A DNA stretch of 64,000 bases from Octopus sinensis (lineage: Eukaryota): contig NC_042997.1 in the NCBI RefSeq assembly GCF_006345805.1, positions 59,210,001 through 59,274,000 of the forward strand, written 5' to 3'. Positions 13,601-27,786 of the stretch are shown here, piece after piece (the first letter of the stretch is position 1; the number at the start of each line of letters is the position of its first letter). A program made the translations under genes and the position numbers. Below the pieces are notes generated by a model. That model did not search any database. It was not told the origin of the DNA and was given only the letters and a program-made list of their open reading frames with translations.

Positions 13601-16600
13601 GTATTGTTGTTAAAAAAAGAAAAAGAAAACAAACTAACTCACTTGTATATTCCAAAGCAGTAGCTTTATTAAAAAGCAATTCACTCATATCTTGTAATTA
13701 CAAGAACACTGTTTTGAAAGAAAACTCTCACACTCAACACTAACTAGATAGAGAATCAACCTTGAAAAAAAATTCATTACCACCTGCTTATTAGAAAAGA
13801 AATCTAAAGAAGCTTCTTGCATTTAGTATTTCTGAAAACATGAACTTAAAAAAACTTGCACACTCACCCTGTACTCGCTAGAGCACCATCTTTCTGGAAA
13901 GCAATGCAATAGACAGGTTTACTGTGTCCTTCTTGATGAAGAATTTCTTCCTGTACTTCCAAATCCCAGAGTCGCCAAGAATTGTCAAAACTACAATATT
14001 AAAGACATTAATAAACTGTAATAACAGCAATAATAAACATTTATCATCATTGCTATCCTCTATCTATTTTGTCTACTGCTCAGACTGTGAGCCAATCTCC
14101 AGTGTTCTGTGCTATTTTACCTATCAGACCTACAACTCCAACATCTGCATAAAAGCCTCTTGTATCACTAACCATTACCATCAGCTTGCATATATTTTGA
14201 GCTACATCATACATATCATAAATTTACCAGGGAATTTGTGTATTCTTATGGAGACAGGCTGCTTGGAGAATTATTCACTAATCAAAATAGGAAGAAGAGT
14301 AAGCTAAAATGTTAATAAGAGAAGATTATGGTAGTTAAAAGGAGCTTACCATTGTCCAGGATATATGTTAAGAGCAGTACTATTTCAATAAGAGAAAACA
14401 TTTTTATTTATACCATATATTTTGTGAACAATAGTTTCCAATGAACCATTAGTTCACTTTTTTCAGATAGAAAGAGTGATAAGGTAGTGCCATGCAACTC
14501 ATGCAAAATAAAGACCACAAGTAGTTTATTTTTGTCTAAATGCACTGCTTTATTGGTATTCTGTATGAAAATTGTGGTGGGAGATACTTTCCTAAAGTAC
14601 TATATAGTGGAGTTGAACATAAGACTGTCATTTACTTGTGATATATAAAAAAAAAAAAAATCTCAGTTTATAAAGAATGTAACTGACCAACAGGTTCCAA
14701 GGAATCTTCCAGAAGGGTGATAAGCCAGTCTAGACACTCGGTATGGGGCATGGCCTTCAATATCAGCTACTGGTTCATCACTAAATGAAATATAGAAAAA
14801 TGCTATCAACAATTAATTATTGTGAGATGGCATCAGGTACTAAGTCATTAAATAGATATAGATTCAAGCAGTGTTGAAATGATTGAGTTATTTCACTGTG
14901 TAAAACAGGTTACAGACACTTCAAAAAAATATTGAAAAATAATATTTGCTTCAAAATTCAAAAAATAATGTTCTACAAAACCAAACACTTCAGTACACTT
15001 TAGTTTTCAGGATAATGATTTACAGAACTAAAAAAATTTGAATACTACTTTTCTGCCAGAGTTTGATTGGTTAGAACTAATATGAGCTACATAACAATAC
15101 TTAACAATGTAAAGTGAAGAAGCCAAAAGTGCAACCCGCCTACTTTTTTTAAGATTTTGTCTGACTTTTGAACCAAATTAAAAATATTTAAAATATCATG
15201 TAGTGCATAGACAGTGTAGATAATAAATACCCATAAACAAATACTACCTTATAAGGTTCCAGAGTTTTACTGTGCCATCTTGTCCACAAGAAGCCAGACA
15301 GCAAGATGCATCATCCATAGTAAGAGTTGCTTGAGGATGGAACACAATTGCTCCTACATTACAGTTATGGCCTGTAAATAAACAGAGTGACAAATTGACA
15401 AAATAATGACAAGCATCATTGTTCTATAGTTGTATTCTTCTTTGTAACACTTTACAATCATTTTTTAGATTTGTAAAAGACAGAAGCAGCTAACAGGAGA
15501 AGACATGGCTGTGTCATAAGAAGTTTACTTCCCAACCACATGGTTTCAGGTTCAGTCCCACTGTGTAGCACCATGGATGTCTTCTGCTATAATCACAGGC
15601 TGACCAAAGCCTTGTGATTGGATGTGGTAAACAGGGACTGAAAGAAGCCTGTCATATGTGTTTGTGGATGTGTGTACCTGTGTGCATGTGTGTATGTGCA
15701 TATGTGTGTGTGTTACTATCTTTTTTCCTTGACATCATGTGATAGTTATGAGTGCCACCATCATACATACAGTGTCCTTTGTTTCCAATTTTCCCTGGAA
15801 ACATGCCTGGTCATGGGGAAATATTACCTTACTTGGAAATAGGTGAGGGTTGGCTACAAGAAGAACGCCCAGCTGTGGAAAATCCACTTCAACATATTCT
15901 CTGGCCCATGAAAGCATCAGAAAGTGGATGTCAAAATGATGATGGTTTATGATGTGTGTGTGTGTTTGTTTATACACTTAGAATCTACAAACCTCGGAGA
16001 GTACGGATCAAACTGCAGTCAGGGACAGACCAAAGTTTACATAAACCAGACCTGAATAATAGATAAGAGATTAAATAGCCAAAATCAAAAAAGATAATTC
16101 AAAGAAAATCAACATTAAATCAAATGATAATGTTTACAGTTACTCATCATCAGTAATTAATAAAATCTTTATTTTTATTATGTCACAACTTAGACAGAGT
16201 TGTCAGTATTTAGCGAACCTCTGTAGAGTAGAACTGCACTGCTAAGCTCATTTCTTGATTTGGGAAAAAAATGAAGTTAACAGCTTGCCTGTTCACATTA
16301 AGTTCAACTTCTGACTGGTTAGCAATAGGACATTTAACTACAAAATTTCTAGCAAACCCACTGAAGAGGAATTTTGTCTACTTACCAAGATGCCACAGCA
16401 AGCATAGATGAATCTGGACTAAACTGACAGAATGAAAGAGGGCGGTTATCTCCTATCTGACTGCATTCATTAGACACAGACTACAAGATATTGAGACAAA
16501 AAGGAAATTATGACAACACAACACAAGATAAAAGAGAAGAATAATTCTATAATTATACAGCAATATTACTTAGCATAATTTGAGAGATTTTATTTGTAAT

Positions 16601-19600
16601 TCTCAGACCCAAGCTCCTTACCCTCCATCCAGATTCCTGAGCAAAAAAGGTACATAGTTGCATACACAGCTCAAGAATAACGATCGCAGGCAAACTAATG
16701 GGCAAAATCACAAAAAAAAAATTATGCTTTCATAAGGGTAAAGACTTCATCTGAAGAGTAAATAATTTCCTTAGCTGCAAAGAGTCTAGGCCCCGCTTAT
16801 TTACTAGATGAAGGGCTGGGCTCATCATATGCTCATTTCATTACAAAAAACCCATTTTTAAAATTAAAAACAAAAGTAGACAACAACTATAAGAGACAGC
16901 ATTAACAATAAATCATAAACAGACTTGACTCAAAGCTGCAAAGTGATTGTTTGACTATTTTTAATATTGTATCTTCTTTTTCTATGAGTGTTGTTCATTA
17001 CAGCTTTAACGGGAATCTGCTGGAGATTACATTTAAGCTATTCCCACTATAATGGGTTCATGGCATGATAGGGTTAATCAGTGAAACTAAAGAATGACCT
17101 TGGTTTTGCAAAAGTCCTTGTGAATTACAGTTAAGTTTGTTGCGAGGTCTTTTATGTGGAAACAGACCTCATTGGTGCTGGTGGCACATAAAAATTACTC
17201 AGTCCACTCTGTAAGGTAGTTGGTGTTAGGAAGGGCATCTAACCATAAAAGCCATGCCAAAATAGACAATGTAGCTTGGTGCAATCTTCTTCCTAGCCAG
17301 CTCCAGTCAAACCATCCTATCCAAGCCAAGCATGGAAAACATGTTAAATGATGATGATGAAGGGGGAAGTAGAAGATAGTTTAGGTTAATTCGAAGTTTG
17401 AAAAATTGGATGATACTGAATGGAATTAAACATATGGGCATATGAAGTTTTGTATGGTGTAAACCTTTTCCAGAAAGTTTATATATAACACATGGTACAA
17501 AGTTTGGGTAAGACACAAGTGTGGATTTTGTAAGAAATTCAATAGATTTTATCTGGTAAGGAAATGTTTTAGATCCAGATGATATAGCTTTAATTTTGCA
17601 TAATTTTCTAAAGATTGAAAGTATTTGTTTTGCATAGATCAAGGGTTTTATAACCACATTGGTCACTTTGAAGATGTGATAATGAAGATACTGTAAGAGC
17701 TGATTGTCATTGATTATATCTGTTATTTTAAAACTGTAGATTGGGAGTAAGAGAAATGGAGTAATAATTAGCAAGACCAGAAAGATCTCTTTTAAGGGCA
17801 TGGAATATACAATTGCTTGCTTCCATTGTTCTAATTCTGATGGCAAAGAGAAAGGGAGGGTTAAATAATATGAGTAGAATAGGAAATTTGAATCACATTT
17901 CATGCTTTTGAGAATACCAGCTCAGACACTCTCCAAACCTAGAAATTTTGCAAATGAAATATTATTGGTATTTATTTGATCAACCTTAGAGAGAGAGACA
18001 TAAGACAAAACTGATTCTGAAATGGTTTGATTTTAAAACTATGAAATATTCAGATACAGCTCTTTGTGTTAATTTCAAAACAATAATACTGATATTATAA
18101 GTAGTACTAGTAGTGATGTTATGTGTTATTATTTTTAGCTAATGTTAATGATAAATACTTGTTTTCCAATTTAAAGTGAATGTCCTGAACATAATAAGAA
18201 AAACACTGCTCTCAAAGCCACCTAATTTGATAAAATACCTATTCACTTATGATTCATCTTCTAAAAAGAAATTTTAATTTCTACAATAATTCGTGTATAA
18301 AAACAAAAATACTTTATTCCAGTTAAAATTTTTAAAAATTCATTATTAGTGAGAGAAGCAACATTAGCTCAAAATAGAAATCTGTGTATTGTACTTAAAG
18401 TAAATACACTGTTGAGAGCCTTATGAACTGTGGTACTCATCTCGAGAAAGCATCTTTTGCTTGACAGTGTTAAAAAACTCAGAATATTTCAACAGTAGAT
18501 GAAAATCATCCAACACTGCTAAATACATATTTATGCTTCTTCAAGTTTCCTCAGAAGTAAGTAACCAGTATGCAGATGCTAGTGGTTTCTTACTATTAAT
18601 GAAGCCCCAAGAAGTAGAAATCTGTATTTAGCAATGCCACCACCACTGCTGGATGGTTTTTGGTTGCTACTGATATATTTCAAAGTTTTTTGCACTATAT
18701 GTCTACAAGAGACACTTTTTGAGATGAATACTACAGCTTATAAGGCTTTCAAAAATGTGTCTACTTTAAGTGCGATACACAGATTGCAAAGAAAATTATA
18801 ATTATAAATCATCATCATCATCATTCTTGATTATAATCTTTATAAATAAAAGTGAAATTCTATCTGTCCATCTGGAACCCTTGTATCTCAGTCTACATTC
18901 GCTCTACATAGACATACCTTTTTGCAATCAGAATGATCCCGGGATTGAAAATCTGACCTTGGTTCTTAAACATCCAGCATTGGGATCTGCTGTAAGAGCA
19001 TTTGGACTGCTATATATATAGCAGGTAAAGTAACCGTAAGAGGTTTCAAACGGTTTACAAGAGTCACCTCCCTTAGCAATAATAATAACCACGACATTCT
19101 GTATCAGAAAATTTTTTTAATTTAATACCAAAACTTTGTGACATTTACCTCTATTACCTACACTAATAAATGCAACATTCTGTCTGTCAACCAAGAATGT
19201 TGTTCATCCTGCTGCTTTATAGTGATCTCAAAATGTCACAGCAATACAAAATTCTCCAAATGTGACACCCTGTGAAATAAATCTGAGATGGTAGGATACC
19301 AATAAATGTTTCATTATTATTGCTATCTTTAGTTTTGGGCCAAAGGCCCAATTAGCCCTCTGCAGGAGCTAGCCTAAAAGTTCACATGGAGTGCTGCTTT
19401 TAAGCTAGTTATGAAATATAACAAAAAGTATAACAATATGAAAGCATAAACAATTAAGAAAATTAATAAGTACCCGAATTCTTTTATGAAGATCATGTAA
19501 TTTAGCATCTCTTTGTGCTTTGGGCATGTTTTTAGAATCTTTTTGAAGTTTGATGCGTGCTTTTGCTCTGAAAAAAAATAATTTAGAAAGAGAAATTCAT

Positions 19601-22600
19601 GAAATGAAAGCATGTAACCAAAAGGTTTCAAAGAACTTTATATTTGTTTGTTATGGATTGAACAGACCTTCAAATTTAAGATATATGTATACAGAGCTAT
19701 ACAGCTAGGTAAGTGGGAAGGGATACATTGTTTTAAAGAAAAAAGACCACTCGACTGGGAGAGGGAGTAAAATAAGTTATCTTCTCAAGTCATGCCAACG
19801 CATAAGGACTGGTTTCCCAATTTCCATGGTGTATAAATTCCTCACCTGAACAGGACGCCAGTCCATGCAGGATTACTCATTTTTGCCAGCTGAGGGGACT
19901 GGAGTAACATGAAATGAGATGTTTTATTCAAGAACACAATGCATCGCCCTGTCCAGGAATCGAAACCACAATGTCACAATTACCAACAAAGGTAGTAGCT
20001 CTCTGAACTTTGCCCAGCCAGTTCTTATTCTAACAATATTTTCAGAGTATCCTCTACCATTGCTAACATGATCAACTAGCTATTTACTACTTCTAAGGAT
20101 CCCACTGGACTATTTGAAGAAGTCTAGTTCCTGTATATTCTTCGTATTTATTGTACCTGCACATCTGCCACACGCAAAAACTACTTTCTCTGTTAACCTT
20201 CCTGTAATACGATTGCACCTCTTATGTGTCCATAGCTTGCACTGAAAACAGCATAATGGAATTTCTACCAACACTTTTTCCATATATTGAGCAAGGCCAT
20301 CTCCCTGAAGATATTAGCAATTTGTCTGTTTTCTTACTTACTAGGACTTTGGTCTTTGCTAACTTAATTCTAAATTCCTTTGATTCCAGACCCTGCTTGC
20401 ACATCTGAAATTTCTTCTCTAACTCTTGTAGGGATTCAGCTAAAAGAACAAGGTCATCAACATTGAGGTGCTCTTAAGAGTAACCAGTTTTAAATTCCTC
20501 TGTTATGGACTGGAGGACTATGATAACCAAGGGGGTGCTGAGAATCAATTTTTGGCAAACTCCTATCTGTACACTAAATTCATTGTTATACTTATGGCTG
20601 ACTTTCACCCTACTGACAGCATCCCCGTACATGGTTTGCATGGCTTTTACAAACTACTCATCTATTCCTAGCTTTTGCATTGACTGTTAGTTAAAGGATA
20701 GAGGACTCTGTCAAAGGCTTTCTCTATGTCAACAAATGCCAAGTACAGAGGCTTATTTTTTGCTAAATGCTTCTGCAGTTGCCTAACTAGAAGGATAGCA
20801 TCAGTAGTACTTCTTTTCAATCTCTGTATTGAACTCTCACAAGTCATCCAAGTAATGCCATAGTCATACAAGATCTTTTATTTCTGGATACTCTATTTAA
20901 CTGCTTGGTTCATCTCACACACTGAAATACTAGTCTTGTTAAATAGTGCAGCTCAAATGACAAAGAGCTGAGTGACATGACACAGCAAGTATGCCAAACT
21001 CACAAAGCTACAACAAAATTGGTATATTTCTCCTTTCTTTTTGTAGAGCATTTGACCTCTTTTATACACTTGTAGAATTCAGCTGAACTTGTAGAAGCCA
21101 GCTGCTTTAAACAATCTTCAAAATCAATTATTGTCACATATACTAAATGTTGATACACACAGTGAATGTAAACACAAACAGAATGTAGTCACTAAATGTT
21201 AATACAAATCAAATGTAGGTTATACACTAAATGTTGATTCAAGCTGTGGTCACACAGATCAAAGAATCACCTTGTAAAGTATCAATCCAAAACAAAGCTG
21301 CCATTAATTCACCTCACATCTTCAGAGACAATGACAAGTGACTGAGACTTCTGTCAATTTGCTGCGCTTAAGAAGACATGCCAAGCTATGTAAAATAGTG
21401 AAACTGAGGTAGTGACTAGTGCTGGTGACATGTTAAAGGCACCCATGCTGGTGACACGTAAAAGACACCCTGTACACTCTGTAGAGTGGTTGGCATTAGG
21501 AAGGGCATCGGGCATCCAGCTGTAGAAACCAAGCCAAAGCAGACTGGAGCCTGATGCAGCTCTCCGGCTTACCAGGTCCAGGCAAACTGTCTAATTCATA
21601 CTGGCATGGAAAACAGATGCTAAATGGTAATGATGATGATGAAAATGATAAAAGCTACAACTGCAAAAGATTCTTTATCACCAGATACTTTCATTTTATT
21701 TTAAAAGCAAAACAAAAAGAAGCAAGATTTTAGTTTATCTCTAATTGTGTGAGTACAAAACACAAAAATATTTTTCATTTCACAAATTTTCAAAATCATT
21801 CTCCTAGCAAACTTACCAAAATTTTTGTTTTTTTTCTCCAAAGTTTGTTAAATAACTTTAAACATTGTTTTTTTTTTCAGTACATATTTTCTTCTTTTTC
21901 TTTAAGTAGAAGTATTCAAATTACTTGAAAACAATTGGTTTGTACAATGTTCAACCATTGCTACTGTTTTATGACACCTTTTAGGATTTTTAAAAATAGA
22001 TATTGCTCATTTATAGATATATGTCTCAAACAGTCATAAGCAATTTGGTATTTCTTACCAGTTCTTCCACAGATATCCCATTTTTGGATATTTATCAAAA
22101 CTTAACTGTTCTATTGGGCAAGTTCACTTTCCTCTATTGAGTTTACTTTTAGACTATTTCTGTCTTCCAACTTTTTTAATTTTTTTCCTATTTGTTGCCA
22201 TTATAACAAACCTGGTAGACATTATTTCTTTCCTTTTAGTGAAGTCTCAAGCACAATAGCCCGTCAAGTTATGACATAGACATATGAGATCCTTTATCTT
22301 TAGATAACATATCTAGTCCAGCTCTCACTTTGAACTGTCAGCCTTGTTAAATAGTAAAGCCCCTGTAACTAAAGGATTGAGTCACATGATACAACATGTC
22401 AAACTACATAACAAGAGGAATATTATAGCTTTTATTATACATTTTATTGTTACATTATATGAAAGTTGTCAAATTAAGAACCAGTAATATTATGGCTATG
22501 ATTAAATAAATAATATTCCTTCTATGCAAGTGTATCTAAGGAGATAAAACCCTAAAAAACAGAAACAGTCACAAGTGGTTTCATAATATATAAAACAACA

Positions 22601-25600
22601 AATTCCACAATTTGACTTACCTTGGAATAGAATAAAGTGCTAACCAATATCGAGATTCTTTTAGTGTGTCTGAGCCTTCATGATACCAGGTAATATTTTC
22701 CTACATAAACATAAGAACAAATATTTAAAAAATCATTATTTGCACCATGCACAGTGAGATCTGGAATGATTATTTACAAATATACTCTTAATGCATCTAG
22801 GCACATTCAGATACAAAATATACAAATTGCTGTAGTGTACATCATAGGAGAATAACTTTTTTCTTTTACAATAATAGTGTATGCAACATACTCAGCTCAT
22901 TGGTACATGGGTTTCTGGGACACTGATGTTTCAACATGTGTTGGCTGACGTAAAACAGTACTTATTCTGCAATGACATTCACTACAGCAATCAGAATATT
23001 TAATTTCTGAACCAGCCTAGACATATAAATATCAAAAAGAACAGTGTAAAATGTTTGAAATAATATATATATACTGCTCATGGCTAATGAGTCGGTCAAT
23101 TTGGTTATTTGCCTGCAAATATCTGCAGTTAATAATTTTACAGAAAACAGATACTTTGTAATATTAGATATCTCAGTCTGAAATGGAAAAGCACCCATTT
23201 CTCATTGAGGTTGTTTAGGGCAGTGTTAAGAGGACATGAAAATGGTTATAGCAAGGTTTGAATTCAGAACCCTGTCAGCACTAAATATATCACTTTAGCA
23301 TTAATATAACAGTCAGGTCTGAATTTTGAAATAGTGTGTCCAAAACAAAAGTAAGATGTGTCCAGTGAAGATAAATTATTTTCAGTAGTTGTCCACATAT
23401 TGCAAAGTGAAGAGAGATGGCATCAATTGGAAACAGTTATGTCAGAGAACATGGAATCAAAGAATGAAGCAGTTGAAATGAGATGAAAACAGGATAAATA
23501 ACTGGTTGATAACTTGGAAAGATATAAGAAAAATATCGAGTGAAATGGTCAGAGTAGAAATGGCAGATGGCTAAAAGTCATCAGGTTAGAAGTAAAGAGA
23601 GAGACAGACAGAGAGAGTGTATGAAGGGAAATCAAAACTTAACAGCGAAATAAACAACAAATGTAAACTAAGATCCAGAGAAGTCCAATATTAACAGAAT
23701 TTTGATGACTAAACTTTCACAATTCCTACATCAGAAACAATAACTGAAAAGATAATGCACATTATTCAGAATCTACATACTATAAAATAGAATGATGTAA
23801 TCATTTTTGAAAACTCTACCTCTTCTCTTTTCTTCTTTTTTTCTTCTTGTTCAATTTTCTTTTTTTTTATAGTGTCTTCTCCAATCTGAGCTAACAACTG
23901 CCTCAAACGTTCTCGACGATCAGCAGGACCTTCTCCAAAGAGACCTAAAGAACAAAATCGAACAAAGTTTATAAATAAAAATCCAAGAAAAAAATGCTTA
24001 AATAAAAAGAACAGCATGAATAATCTTTAACACATATACAATATAAACACATTGTTGAGAATGCTCCACCGTCCCATTCACTGATCTCGGTAGCTTTATA
24101 AAGGAGCATGGACAGTGTTTTTTTCCTGACTAAAATGGGGGGGAAAAAAAGCTGCCAAAGGAAGACAGCTATGCAAGTTTCATCATCAACAGTACAAATG
24201 AACTTAAGTATCCAAAGCAGGTAGGCAATTTTAAAGACAGAGTCACGTGCCCTCTAAGAATGGATATGCAGATAAAAATGATTTGTAACAGCTCCATACT
24301 GATGATGGACAGACACAAGACTGAAAAGATTGGAGTAAAAAGTGTAAGTATATAGACTGTTCTTTAATGGTATCCAACACTTGTGTATAGGAGAATAGAT
24401 TGAAACCTGTGCAGCAGTGTGCATGTGTATAAGGGAAAACAAAAACAGTTAAAGTAAATAACAAAGTAAATATATTTCATTAAAGACTTACATATAGGCT
24501 CCCCGAGCTGCCTTAAAGTAGCTTTTACTTCAGTGTCATCAGTGGATACTTGGATCTGTCGAGCCTGCATTAGAGATTCAGAGAGACAAATCAAAAGTAA
24601 TGTGCAAATTGTTGTGCAAAACAGTTATTACTAAACATTAACAAATCATCATCATCATGATTTTTACATCTGTTTTTCCACAGTGGAAAACCAAAGTGCC
24701 ATGAAAAAAATCATTGGTATGGGTGCTGGTGCCATGTAAAAAGCACTGGTCCTGGTTCCACATAAAAAGCACAGTGACACATCATAAAAAGCACCCAGTA
24801 CTCTCAGTAAAGTGGCTGGCATGAAGAAAAGCATCCAGCCTTAGAAACCAAGCCAAAACAGACTATGGAACCTGGTGTTGCCCATAGCCTTGCCAGCTAC
24901 TGTCATGCTATCCAACCCATGCCAGCATGGAAAACAGACATTAAATGTTGATGATGATATTGAGGCAGATTTTCTACAACCAGACACCACCTGTCATCAA
25001 CAAGTAAGATATTTTTCATTCCACTGGTCATCAAATGCCCAATGAACAATGGGACTTTTGTTTACTGGAGAATTTAAATAATGTTACTGTTTTTTTTGTT
25101 TTTGTTGTTTTTTCTCCGACAGCACTAACAAGGACATGCAGATGTGTATGTTTGCATCTCCTTCAAATTGCATGACAGTTGTCATACAATGCCAGTCATT
25201 TCCAATATTTTGCAAGATCATGTTTGGACATGAAAAAATTACCTTGTTTGGAAATAGGTGATGGTTAGTGATAGGAATGACATCTGACCATAGAAAATCC
25301 ACTCCAATAAACTCCATAGACACACATGTGGAAACAAGCTTCCTTGACGTTTTTATCTATGTCTATCTACCAATTTCACTTACAAGATGTTGATTGATCT
25401 GAGGCTATTGTCGAAGACACTTGCCCAAGATACCACAGAGAGGGACTGAACCTGAAACCATGTAGTTGTGAAGCAGACTTCATAATCACACAGCCATAGC
25501 TGCACCTATACACAAAAGTCACCTTTCCCCTGTAAATATGAAGCACTGTACCTATATAAGAAAGCATGTTTTTTCAAGGCCTAGCAGCAAAAGCAAAATA

Positions 25601-27786
25601 TTTCCAGCTTTTGACTGAGACTGAATCATAGATTTGACTCATCTGGAACTAAACACCCAATCTAGTTATGTCTGAAGTATGTTCTTTCGTTTTTAACTGA
25701 TGATTTTATTATAATCATCATCATTTAACATCTACTTTCCATGCTGGCATGGTTTGAATGGTTTGATTAAAAACCGGTAAGCCAGGGAGCTGCACCAGGT
25801 TCCAATCTAATTTGGCAAGTTTCTATGGATGGATGCCCTTCCTAACTCCAAATAGATATGAAGTAAATTAATCTAATAATGACCTTGTCATTTTGAACAA
25901 TGCAATTAAATCATTGATGGTTAGAGATCAGCTTCCATTAGCAAAGGACAGCATTCTACAAGTGCAAAAAAACCCTCTGATAAGAGTATACTCAGGATGA
26001 TATTGTTGGATGAGTAAGAAGTAATTAATGTGATACAGTCTGTCTAATGATAAGGAAGCAGCACTATCAGGATCCTGGATTCAATCTCACTGAATAGCAT
26101 CTTGGGTAAGTGTTAGTTACCATATCACCAGGTCAACACAAGCCTTGTAATTGAAGTTAGGTGGACAGAAAATGTTGAGAAGTTTGTTATAGAGATTGTA
26201 CCAGTAATTCAATGACTCTGCCCAAGTATTACATTAAGGGTACATATCTGTGGAATGTTCAGCCACTTACATGCTAATTCATTCAGCAAGTAGGTCAGTC
26301 AATCAAACAACCGAATACTTATAACTTATGGACATCCATTTGCTTTGCTAATAGCCATACAGCAGCAGTGACAGTACCACATCATCTTCATCCTCCTCCT
26401 TCTCCCACTCCTTTAACATCTGTTTTCCATGCTGAAAAGCTGCACTGGGTTGCAATCTGGTTTGGCATGGATTCTGTGACTGGATGCCCTTCCTAATGCC
26501 AACCACTTTACAGTGTGTGCTGGGTACTTTTAATGTGGCACTGTACAAGCGCTTTTATATGGCCGCAGCATGAGTGCTTTTTACATGGTACATATATATT
26601 TATAATATCAGGTTGCCTCTATGTAGTCACTTGAGCTGCTACAAACAGCAGCCAAATTCCCCTCAAACTACACTCTACTGCTTAAAAACTGAAAAGGACA
26701 CATAGGATAGTTGTAGTATATTACTCACAAAAAAGATGGAATAGTCAAGCTGGAATATATTTGATGGCAGGATGTCTAATAAGTGCTAAAGGGCAACAAC
26801 ATATCAGTATATTTATTTTTTATACTCATTTAAATGGCTGACACCTTTCATTCACAATATCTTCATAGACTAACAAAAAGAGAACTAACTGCACCCATGA
26901 AACTTAGAAAGAATCAACAGAGTTTTTGTTAGGAATGTGCTAAAAGTGTATAATGAAAATTTGCATCTCAATTAAATAATAAAAAATCTGTTTCTATCTA
27001 ATACCACAATGATTTTTCTGTCAGCAGTTAAAGCCCTTTTGTTGCATATACATTATTAATATCCTTGAAAAGAAGATGAATATGACAATCTCATTCCCAT
27101 CTCTGGAGTTTGATTTTTGTGCCAAAACAAGAAATTTTAATCACAAGAACTAGATAACTCTACATGATATCACAAAGAACTACATGCATTTATAGGATAT
27201 CATAAATACTTAATGATCTCTTCATATTACAAAGACCTAGATGTCACTGATCTTTATGTAACTGACTGACACTAGGTAATATCTTAACATAAATGCATAA
27301 GTTCATAGTACCTTGAAGAATTTCATCATCTGCAAGAAAGAATGATCAACACAGACAAATAACAGAGTTGATTTTAGAAAGGCTCAAATCAAGTTACCCA
27401 CCCTTTTCCTGCGTTCAAATTCTGCTAGTAATTCTGCTTGGCTTTCACTTTGCTCATCATCAATTTCAAACACTGCTCCTGAAATGGAAACAATTGTTTT
27501 TTTTTTTTAAATACAACAAACACTTGCTGTACATATCTGTTTTAAAATTTTTTCTGCATCATACTGAGAATACAATTAGTACTTCAAAGGTAAAACAAAA
27601 TTTGAGAAGTATTGAAAAGTGCAAACCATCTGATATGTTAATATTTCCAGCAGCTATTCCAGCTTCTATAGCACTGGAGGTTTTACGGTGTGAATCATTG
27701 TCAGTATTCTGATGTTCTTCAAGACTCCCATAATGCAATCCTTTATCTTTCTTATAATAAGACACTTCATTTTCATCATCAGACAT
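4954..27786 (-). CDS. PRPF4: U4/U6 small nuclear ribonucleoprotein Prp4 (WD40 splicing factor); whole gene, 15 coding exons, 1539 nt, 512 aa
   Basis: Exons 27786-27627, 27478-27402, 24564-24492, 23944-23820, 22700-22621, 19567-19474, 16480-16386, 16051-15993, 15371-15248, 14780-14688, 13990-13868, 9285-9178, 8992-8874, 6117-6068, 5112-4954 join in frame with GT-AG introns. Peptides such as [66 protein letters not shown] and [10 protein letters not shown] are diagnostic of PRPF4. Confidence 0.97.
6068..6117 (-). CDS. PRPF4: PRPF4 coding exon 14 ([17 protein letters not shown])
   Basis: Acceptor cttacAG, donor AAG|GTCAGT; 50 nt. Confidence 0.94.
6444..6663. mobile_element. piggyBac-like MITE with TTAA TSD, inserted inside a SINE
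   Basis: TTAA|CCCTTTCG...CGAAAGGG|TTAA; related truncated copies at about 53015-53180 and 60048-60215. Confidence 0.8.
8874..8992 (-). CDS. PRPF4: PRPF4 coding exon 13 ([40 protein letters not shown])
   Basis: Acceptor tcactAG, donor C|GTAAGT; 119 nt. Confidence 0.96.
9178..9285 (-). CDS. PRPF4: PRPF4 coding exon 12 ([36 protein letters not shown])
   Basis: Acceptor ttctcAG, donor GG|GTGAGT; 108 nt; also visible in ORF 9174..9374. Confidence 0.96.
11290..11780. repeat. Abundant dispersed repeat family C with (CAT)n tails (two opposed copies here); others at about 9360-9600, 17170-17360, 21410-21640, 24640-24960, 25715-25850, 26390-26590, 44950-45370, 48480-48750, 59380-59560
   Basis: Shared catcatcat.ttaacatcc.ttttccatgctggcatg and ggatgcccttcctaatgccaaccac blocks. 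Confidence 0.75.
13868..13990 (-). CDS. PRPF4: PRPF4 coding exon 11 ([28 protein letters not shown]...ALAST)
   Basis: Acceptor attgtAG, donor GG|GTGAGT; 123 nt. Confidence 0.95.
14688..14780 (-). CDS. PRPF4: PRPF4 coding exon 10 ([31 protein letters not shown])
   Basis: Acceptor catttAG, donor TG|GTCAGT; 93 nt. Confidence 0.95.
15248..15371 (-). CDS. PRPF4: PRPF4 coding exon 9 ([14 protein letters not shown]...[12 protein letters not shown])
   Basis: Acceptor tttacAG, donor AG|GTAGTA; 124 nt. Confidence 0.95.
15993..16051 (-). CDS. PRPF4: PRPF4 coding exon 8 ([20 protein letters not shown])
   Basis: Acceptor tattcAG, donor G|GTTTGT; 59 nt. Confidence 0.95.
16386..16480 (-). CDS. PRPF4: PRPF4 coding exon 7 ([31 protein letters not shown])
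   Basis: Acceptor tcttgtAG, donor TG|GTAAGT; 95 nt. Confidence 0.95.
19474..19567 (-). CDS. PRPF4: PRPF4 coding exon 6 ([32 protein letters not shown])
   Basis: Acceptor tttttcAG, donor CGG|GTACTT; 94 nt; phases match both neighbours. Confidence 0.9.
20200..21010 (-). mobile_element. RTE-clade LINE reverse transcriptase fragment
   Basis: [36 protein letters not shown]; [10 protein letters not shown]; [10 protein letters not shown]-like motifs. Confidence 0.8.
22621..22700 (-). CDS. PRPF4: PRPF4 coding exon 5 ([26 protein letters not shown])
   Basis: Acceptor ttatgtAG, donor AG|GTAAGT; 80 nt. Confidence 0.95.
23820..23944 (-). CDS. PRPF4: PRPF4 coding exon 4 ([18 protein letters not shown]...KKREE)
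   Basis: Acceptor ttctttAG, donor GAG|GTAGAG; 125 nt. Confidence 0.93.
24492..24564 (-). CDS. PRPF4: PRPF4 coding exon 3 ([24 protein letters not shown])
   Basis: Acceptor atgcAG, donor T|GTAAGT; 73 nt; PRP4 motif. Confidence 0.95.
27402..27478 (-). CDS. PRPF4: PRPF4 coding exon 2 ([26 protein letters not shown])
   Basis: Acceptor ccatttcAG, donor AGG|GTGGGT; 77 nt. Confidence 0.93.
27627..27786 (-). CDS. PRPF4: PRPF4 coding exon 1 (MSDDENEV...[10 protein letters not shown]); exon starts at 27798 with 12 nt of 5'UTR
   Basis: ATG at 27786; acceptor ttttcAG at 27800-27799; donor G|GTTTGC, phase 1. Confidence 0.9.
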
